A stretch of DNA of 64,000 nt from Vitrella brassicaformis CCMP3155 (Eukaryota; Protista; Chromerida), in assembly GCA_001179505.1 (NCBI GenBank), contig CDMY01000908.1, forward strand, positions 176,672 to 240,671. Direction: 5' to 3'. Both the position numbers and the translations under genes were made by a program. Of the stretch, positions 55,776 to 64,000 are shown one piece after another. The stretch's first letter is position 1. Every line of letters starts with the position of its first letter. Under the pieces are notes generated by a model. The model did not search any database and had not been told where the DNA came from. It saw nothing but the letters and a program-made list of their open reading frames with translations.

Positions 55776-57294
55776 TCACGTCGCTGCGGCCGGCTGGTCG
55801 CTCAGCACACGAGCCTTCAGTGTTGCCAGTGCATCTGCATGCTGCCTTTCGCGCTTGATGTGGACGTAGAGGCCGAGCGCGAACACGGCGGCCCACAGCA
55901 GTGTCAGCGAGCCATCCTTGAAGCCCACCAGGCTACAGAAAGATAGACACACACATGATAACAGACAGACACACCTGTGTAGACATGGATGGACATGATC
56001 ATCGTGTCATCGGCTGCTCACTTGAAGGAAGTCGGCAGGCTGAAGAATGAGATGAGGTCGTAACTCTCGCGCTCGAACACTCCCACAGACAAGAGCATGA
56101 AGCCGCAACCTGCGCACACAGGGACACATGGATGGATGGATGGATGGGTAGATGATTGTTTGTGTCGTCATTTCATTCCACCTGCTGTGACGAGAAAAGA
56201 TGACAGAAACGGGCCCAGAAACGTCAGGACGTCGAAGGCCTGTATGCCGACACATACATCCGCGCAGGGCGTGTTTCTGTCGGTTGGTTCATCTTTCGCC
56301 CACTTTGGGTTTGATCGCCGTCATGATGTAGTCGAGGAAGCTCAGTGCCGCCGACAGCACAAACAGGCCGCTCAGGTAGCTAGACAGACAGACATACACT
56401 GCCATGTGAGTGTGTGTGTCTTTTTCTTTGTACATTGCGTTGATGACTTCTCCACTGAGCGTGGGTAGGACCAGACCAATCTGCAAGGACACACAAACAG
56501 GGATAACACATCACAGACGAGCTTCCTACCAGGCCGAGGCCCTTTGTCGGGATGAGGATGGCCGTCGCGGCGTGCAGCCAGTTGAGCCCAATGCCGATAG
56601 CGACTGGGACGAGAGGTTTGAGCTTGTCCGATTGGTACGCCATGACGACCTGAATGAAACACGTCCAGAGAGTCCCGCAGTGTCATCACAAATGGTGTCT
56701 CTTTCCCTTTTCTATCTCTCCTTACTGCAGTGATGATGAAGACTGCCGTTGCGATGGCGAGGCCGATCACACTCGACAGTGCCGGAATCACATTGACGAG
56801 CACCTGCACCGACACACAAGAGAGACACAGAGAGGCGTCCGGGATGAGACATGGCGTCTCTGTCACTCCAACCACGAGAGAGGCGAAGAAAGCGAAAAGG
56901 GATGCGGTCAGCGCCACAAACAGGTCCCTTCTGTCTCCCGAGGATGCGGTGAGGGCCATGAACAAGTAAAACGCGATGATGAAGGCGTAGAGGAGAACCT
57001 GTGCATACAAAAATGAGATGAGATGAGAATGGACCGGCATTTGGTGCGCACCTGCACTGTGACATACATGCGGTCGATCAGGTGGACAGGGAGGGCGGCG
57101 AACTCCTCCTCGGCAGCAGCTGGCACCGCACCATGTGTCTCGTTGGTGGTCGGCTGTTGCTGGCGGCTCAGTATCAACATGCTGCGTGTGTGCGCGCCTG
57201 GGTGTGGTGACAGGGGGTAGTGCGAGTGACGGGCCAGCATGCGGGCATCAGACACCACGACGGAGAGCAGCGACAGTGCCGCCATCGCAGCCAT
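55776..57294 (-). CDS. Multipass membrane protein, DUF4203/TMEM198-TM7S3-like
   Basis: Seven or more short hydrophobic exons (VLLYAFIIAFYLF, VIPALSSVIGLAIATAVF, VPVAIGIGLNWL, LSGLFVLSAALSFL, FLSSFLVTAGCGFMLLSVGVF, LLWAAVFALGLYVHIKRERQ), joined in frame to a stop at 55776. Family assignment and start are tentative. Confidence 0.6.
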
Positions 57295-60200
57295 TGTCTG
57301 GTGCGATTGGTGCGTTGTGCTGCTTGTGGTGCTCTCAATGTCGGTTGATCGATCTTTGACACTGACACGCGTATATGTGTGTGTATGTAAAGCCAACGAG
57401 TCAATGAATCATTCATCAATCAAAAGATCAAACTCGGCGCCCTCACTCCCTCGCTCACTCACTCACTCACACAGTCTGACACGCGTTCACTCGCTCACTC
57501 ACATGACTGCACTGTTTGACTGTCCATACACGCCAGCTGCAGCACAAGCAACAAAAGGAACCAAACAGATGAGTGGGTGAGTGCGTGACTGAGAATCATC
57601 GATATGCACAGCTCGCTCCGCTGCAGGCAGGCAGGCAGGCAGGCAGGCGGTAAGAAAACACATATCGATCATCGACAGAAGCAAGGAAAAATGGCCATCC
57701 GTGTGTGTGCACGTGCATCAAGTCCATCTCCATCTGTCTGGCTGTCTGGCTGTCCCTCTCTGTGTGCAGATCAGGGCAGACACAAAACAGGACGAGAGAG
57801 AGCATGCAGGTGTGTTCGTCGACTTAAGGGCAAAGACCAAACCATCTTAAATACGCCCATTCCATTCCTTTGCGAGCCAGCGTGAGTGAGTGAGTTCGGT
57901 CATCGAAAGATATCCACAAGACAAGACAAACTCCCTCTCTGTGCGTCTGCCTCGCTGCGCTACCACCCGGACTCGTCAGGCGTTCATCCGTGTCGTCTGA
58001 CGCGACCAGGGCAAAAGCATGCCGAGCCCGGTGTTGAGCGCACCGAGATCACATCGCATCAGGACAATCGCAATAAGGCCACCCCACGTCTGTCAACTCA
58101 CTCGCTCGTCGCACCCATTCGTCCACTCGTCGCCCAAAGAAAGACTTGCGAGAGAAGAGAGAAAGAGGCAATCAAATCGATGGGGAAAGAGGGGGCAAAA
58201 AACGATCGGTAAAGAACACGGTAAGTAACAATATGACATATGACTGATGATCCGGCCAGCCAGCTGTATACACACACGTGTGAGGCCTGAATGTATGTGT
58301 GTGTTGTGTGTGTGTGTGTGTGTGTGGTACACTAGGTGGATATTTATGCGCGCCAGCCAGAAAACGGACAAGGGGACAAATCATCACTCTCTCGTCCATC
58401 GACACGTACTGTGCCGTGCCGTGTGTTGTGTGGCGTGAGGGAAGGCAGGACGGCCACTCAGGTATCGCTCACCCACCCAGCACACGGAATCAACCAACCA
58501 ACGAAGGAAAACACGCAGAGGAAACAGCGAAAGAGAGAGAGGGGAGAGGGAGGGGAGAAGGGGAGAAACCAATGACAACCAAGGACAACGAACAAACAAA
58601 CAACCGACCAACAGCAGCAACAAGGAGGCACTAAGATGAGAAAGACGGTATGATGATGCATGTATGCACGGCATGATTGGTAGGCAGCAGTATTCACAGG
58701 TAGATGGGGAAAGGGGAGGCAGGGAGGGAAGGTGAGAGGGGCCAGCAGCGTAGCTATAGCAGTAGCAGCGCTTTAGCTCTTCACACAACGCAGCGCAGCC
58801 ACACATCGACGGGACAGACAGACGGCCAGCCAGCCAGCCGCCCACCCATATGTGATGCGCCAGCTTTATAACACGTATCACGCATTCAAGAATGACACAC
58901 ACGCACGGCACGATGCATACATAGCACATACATACAACAAAAAGATGGAAAAGGGGGGCTGGTGGGGTACACAGCGCCTGTACTTCTCTGTACTTCTCTC
59001 TATGCAGCAGGCAGCTGTCAGTAGATCAAAACACACCAACGCCACGGTGATGGGGCGAGTCGAAAACACAGACGCCAGAGGTGCCTCCGCTGCCTCGACG
59101 GCTCGGCGAACGATCAAGGCCATGATCGCTCACCGGGCCTCCAGGGCACGCAGTACACATCTGCGCGTCTGCGGTCGACCCGCCCAGCCGCACACTGCAT
59201 GGTGGAACACCGATTGTGCGACTTCTTAGATGTCTCTCCTTTACTGGGCTGTCTGTCTGTCTGTTTTTTCGGTCTGTCAGGTCAGCCAATCGGGCAGCAA
59301 GTCAGCTCTAAAGCGAGTTGGTACCATCTCAGGTCAATCGAGTTGTCTCTCTCTCTGTCTGGTTGCTGCCTTGACACACACAGGTAGGTAGGTCCGTGTA
59401 GTGCACGTCACGTGTATGTATGTACTGTACACACAATTGAAAGCACACCAACCGATATATCGAATCGAGCCATCATCGACCAAACCGATGCAGCCAATGC
59501 ATTCATTCACTCATCCACTCATCCACACATCCAAGTCATCCGTCCGTATCCATATGCACACAAACTCGAGCCAGTCCAACGGGCAGAATCCACCGCCCAT
59601 CCATCCATCCATCGCGATCCATCTCTTCATTTGACACCCACCCTCCCATCCACCCCTCACCAAGTCATTCGTCCATCCATCCATCCATCCATTCTTCCTT
59701 GTTTGTGTCATAAGTTGAGACGCCGGCCGGCCGGCCGGCCGGCAGTGGGCTGTCTCTGTCTGTCTGTAAGGGACTCACTAGAAAACAATCCGGGGGCGGG
59801 CTATCCACCAACCAAACAACCAAGCAACCAAAACGTCTGTCAACTCGATCCACATCGACCAATCGTCAAGAGGACACAACACACACTCAGGCAGACACAC
59901 AGGCAGGGTCCTCTTGTCGATCTGAATTCGTTGTAGCAGCGTGTAGCTGCACCCAGAAGCACCCACCCACCCATTCACAGACATACCCACAACGCACTCA
60001 CGCATACACACAAATACACCCACACACATACACATGTACATACATACATATAGACAGATGGAGAAAGAGCCAATGCGGCGGGCCGGGGTAGGACAAACCT
60101 GCCTGTGTGGGTGTGGTATGGACACCCATCAATCTGTCCGTCCGTCTGTCTGTATTCGCCCCGTCCACCGACCGGCCGACCAACGGAGAAGCGACAAAAG

Positions 60201-60712
60201 CGGCTCCCTCTCTCCCTGCCGGCCTGTCTGTCTGTCTGCAGCTGTCACTGCACTGCACAGCCATCCATCCATCCATCCAGCTACTAGCAACACATCACAC
60301 CCAACCCAACCCAACCCAACCCAGCCCACCACACGCCAGCAGACAGACAAGAACAGAGGGAAGAGACAGAGAGGAATAGAGAGAAAGAAGCGTAGCAGAC
60401 AGCCAGCCAGCCAGCCAGCCATCATCCATCCATCACACTCGCGATCCAAAGGAAGGCATGGATGGATGATCCCTTAACGAATACATAGAGAGAATCGGGG
60501 AGAGGGAGAGAGAATCTTACTGTCTGTCTGTATGAGTCGGCCGCTCAATGTGTGAATGTATGTTGTATGTACGTGGCCCATAGCACCACAGTGCACACAC
60601 ACTGCATCGCCCGCTTCACACCAAGACCTGCACACACAGCCAAACACACAATAGAGCAGCCATCCATCTCAAAAGGGCGCACGCATTTCAGCTCCGCTCC
60701 TCACTCGCTCAC

Positions 60713-63700
60713 CTAGCTAGCGAATGCACAGAAGCGAACAGGCTGTCCTACACGGCCTCTGTGCTCGTTTCTCGTCCTTGGAAGGTGACGATGTTCCCAC
60801 TCCCATGGCAAGAGGAAAACTGCACCGTGGGACAGGCATCGTCGGCATACTGACCACACACAGCACATGAAGGCCGCATAACCAATGCACCCTGTTTGCT
60901 CTCTCTCTCGCTGTAGGTATCCTGCTCGCCAAAAATTGGTGTCTCCTTTGCTGTGCGGCGACCTGGGGGGCCACGAGCCACTAGAACCAGCTCCTGCTTG
61001 CATCGGGGAGAGGGCAGGGGGCGGGGCAGCAGCAGCAGCAGCAGGCAGAGACATATGGCGGAGATGGTACCCCCGCACGCTATTCCACACGTGCACGCCA
61101 TGGTAGCCAGGCGGCACCGACCGGGCATACGGCAGATACCGACCGCCGGAAGCAGAAGGGCCGCCCCACTGAGGCAGGTACGAATAATGGTGGCTCTGGG
61201 CCGGTTGAGGAGGCATCATGTGCGCACTCTGCGGCGAAGAGCGGGGAATTCCGGCGACGGTCGGGCTGGCGGCCGTGCTGACCGTGCTGCGATCGCTGGC
61301 CAGCACCGGCTTGACGTTGCTGTAGCCGGCAAACCGGTGCTGGAGTGGCTGGTATGGCTGGTATGCAGGAGAGGTAGGGGTGGGGGTGGGGGTGGAAGTG
61401 GGGATGTTGGCCTGCGGCCGAGCGACGTGCTGCTGGTGGTGTGGCGACCAGAAAGACGGCGAGGCATCCATGCGGGAAAGGGGAGAGAGGGGCGAGTAGG
61501 GTGCGCCTGCCACGCCTGCCATCAGTGGGCCGGCGTGCGGGTGGGCGGGGGAGGGGGAGGGGCAGGGCGTGCCTATGGTGTGGGTGTTGGTGGCGGGGTA
61601 AGGGGGCCGGGCAGCGATCGGGAGGGTCAGCTTCTGCTGTGTGCCGGTGGGCAGCTGCACAGGGGCAGCATGAGAAGGGGGCCCCTTCCTGCTGCTCTCG
61701 GCCTGATCGACACATCCAGGGCAGCAATCAACACGAAAAGACAAATGCACCCATGGATGGGTCAGATTCTCCCCTCGGCACCCATCCAGCCCGCCACGCA
61801 CCTGTGCGAATGTCCGTCGGGGGAAGTCCGGTGTGCGATCGTCGGCCACATTTACGTGAGAGGCAGAACTACCCCCACCTGCTCCACCATTGGCTGGTGT
61901 GGCATCCTCCATCATGTGGTCCACCACTGCCGGGCTCGCATCGCTGTCCGCAGCTATGTCAATGGGCCCGTCGTCCATGATGTCCTCCACGGCGGCGGCT
62001 GCTGCAGCTGGTGCGAACTGCTCCGCCTTCAGGTGAGCGCGGAACCACGGATGTGTCAATGCCTGTTGCGACAAAAAGGGATACATGCGCGTGAGTGGTG
62101 CGTTGGTGTGGGTGTGGGTGTGGTTGTGGTGGTGGTGGTGGAAGGGTTACCTCGTTGGCAGTGGTTCGTGAGAGGGGGTCGCGCGAGAGCATCGCCGCCA
62201 GCAGGTCGTAGAGGGACGACGAGAGGCCGGGAAGGCTCTCCATCAACACGCCCACAGACACCTGAACACCAACGAACAGCATCCACGGTGTGTTACTTAC
62301 CTTCATCTTCGTGTGCGTCAGTCGGTGTGTTTATCACCTGTTCGTTCGGCTCTCGTGTGTCGTCGTCTCTGTCGCAGTACTCTAGAAACTCGAGCCGCTC
62401 CGGCAGGTTCTCGTGACACGACAGCAACTCTATCAGCGACACACCTGTGTTGAAGATCAAACAACACACGCGCAGAACACATGGACGATGTCTCGTTCTT
62501 TCCCCAGTTGGTGTGTGTGCATGACTCTCACTCACCAGCCGCAAAGATGTCACGCCCCGTTTCTACTCTGAGTGGGTCTCGCTGGCCCCCCGCATCGTGG
62601 CACAGCTCTACATTCATGTCGGCATCCTGACCATCCAGTTACACACACGACACACACCACGTGTCCGTTTGTTGAAGGTCTCCGCTTGTGTGTCGTATGC
62701 GCGTCAGTCTCCTTACGTTGGGATTGGCCACGTCGTGTGTGTCGTGGTCGTCAATATGGTGCGGCACGACTTTGAGCAGGTCCAGGTCGATCAGGTACAC
62801 GCGGCTTTGAGCGGACCGCTCCTCACGCACTATGTTGGTCAGCTGCAGGCACACACACACGCTCCCTCCGACCACTGCTTCGTCTGTGTGCGTGCGTGCG
62901 TGTGTGTGTGGAGGGGCATCAAGGTACCTTCACGTCGTTGTGTGTGATTCTCTTGCTGTGTAGGTATCGCAGCGCCTTGAGCACCTGGTGGAAGTAGCCG
63001 GCCGCCTCTCGCTCACTAGTGGGCCGGCAGTCCTCCAGATGGCCACCTGCACACACAGAGAGGGGCCGCATCACACCACCATACAGACACCAGTGTGTGG
63101 AAAGGCATGTGTCTGTACTGATGGGTGCGCACCTTTGCAGAAAGGCATGCAGAAGGCCTTCTGTTGTTTGGTGTGGTGCTCCTCGACAATGGGGATGACA
63201 TTCTCGTGACACAGCTGGTGATGGGACGCCACTGCACTGCCCACAAACGACTCGCCCATCGTCTGCACCAACCACACACACAACATAGAAACGACTCACT
63301 CAGGCTCAGGCAATGCAACACATGCCGCTCCCCTTCCCCTACAAAGATGAGTTGCCCCTTTCTGACCAGTCTGTCAATGTCTTCGTTATCCTGCACTTTA
63401 AGCGCATAGGCGCGCCCCCCCCTCTCCACGCGATGCACCGATGAGAAGCCCCCCTCAATCACGTCATCGTCGCAACTCACAAACCGGTACCCACGGCCCT
63501 CCCAATACGCCTGCACCACACACAGCACACCCCCAATGAAGCTGTGTGTCGGCCGTTGGTGGCGAGACACGAGTCACAGAGTGCCTCACCCTCATGTCAG
63601 AGTTGATGCGCTCCATGGCGTCAGTGTCGTCTGGGGGCGCTGTGAATGACTTGATTGAGGGAGGGAGCGAGCGGAGCGGAGCTCCGCTCGCTGAGGGAGG

Positions 63701-64000
63701 GGCGGTGCAGCAAGCTATCTCTCGGCGCCTCTACTCCTCCCCTATCACTTGGCCTCAACAAAGGGGTCAAGGTGGCTCGCGGTGAATCAGAGAGCGCCTT
63801 TTCGTCCTTCCTTTGTTCGAGCTGAGCTCGCAGTCCGCAGTCGAGCTTGCAGCACGGAGAAGATCGGCCTCACCGATGCCCACCGCATCGCACCCGCAGC
63901 GTACTTCGGCGCAGGGGCGGTGGTGTTGGCTGATGTGCTCGCCCGCCACGAAGGCGCCGCCTGGATGCCGGTGCACGGACGCGCCGGGCTCGAGGCGCAG
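60713..64000 (-). CDS. Atypical Ser/Thr kinase-like protein with long P/S/A-rich C-terminal tail, 5'-partial
   Basis: GGFSSVHRV, AYALKV, LCHENVIPI, QVLKALRYLHSKRITHNDVK|LTNI, VYLIDLD, GRDIFAAG|VSL, LLAAMLSRDPLSRTTANE|ALTHPWF, then a 450-aa low-complexity tail. Confidence 0.8.

Noticed and set aside
55776-57294. CDP-alcohol phosphatidyltransferase (PgsA), suggested by LSAALSFLDYI
   Set aside because: No DxxDGxxAR motif in any exon; topology fits a DUF4203-like protein better.
60953-62416. 487-aa plus-strand ORF
   Set aside because: GC-rich antisense shadow of the minus-strand kinase tail exon.

Overview
Intron-rich eukaryotic DNA, most likely the chromerid alga Vitrella brassicaformis or a close relative. 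This is an inference from short introns packed with (CA)n/(TG)n/(GACA)n/(GGAT)n repeats, bipartite signal+transit plastid-targeting peptides and an apicomplexan-style GAPDH. I assembled about 20 spliced genes by eye. Clear calls: a mycosporine-glycine ligase (MysC-like ATP-grasp, 5' end outside the window), a MYND-finger protein, cytosolic GAPDH, a plastid-targeted PebA-like bilin reductase, CFIm25/NUDT21, PABP, a DUF4174-like protein, a class-2 DHODH, three kinase loci, a stand-alone CNOT1 CAF1-binding-like domain and a DUF4203-like membrane protein. The most striking observations are: (1) a gene whose exons appear to join a multipass membrane domain, RNI-type LRRs and a C-terminal hemerythrin retaining all seven di-iron ligands, a candidate membrane O2/iron sensor; (2) a DHODH with class-2 architecture but a Cys (NVSCPN) catalytic loop and a prokaryote-like signature; (3) a 44.2-48.5 kb mosaic of DNA-level captured fragments (CNOT1-like gene, inverted kinase fragment, kinase pseudogene, copied PABP exon piece); (4) complementary CA-rich 5' and TG-rich 3' intron ends that could bridge splice sites. 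Family calls come from recalled motifs, not database searches. Exon boundaries are manual. Two 300-N assembly gaps are present.
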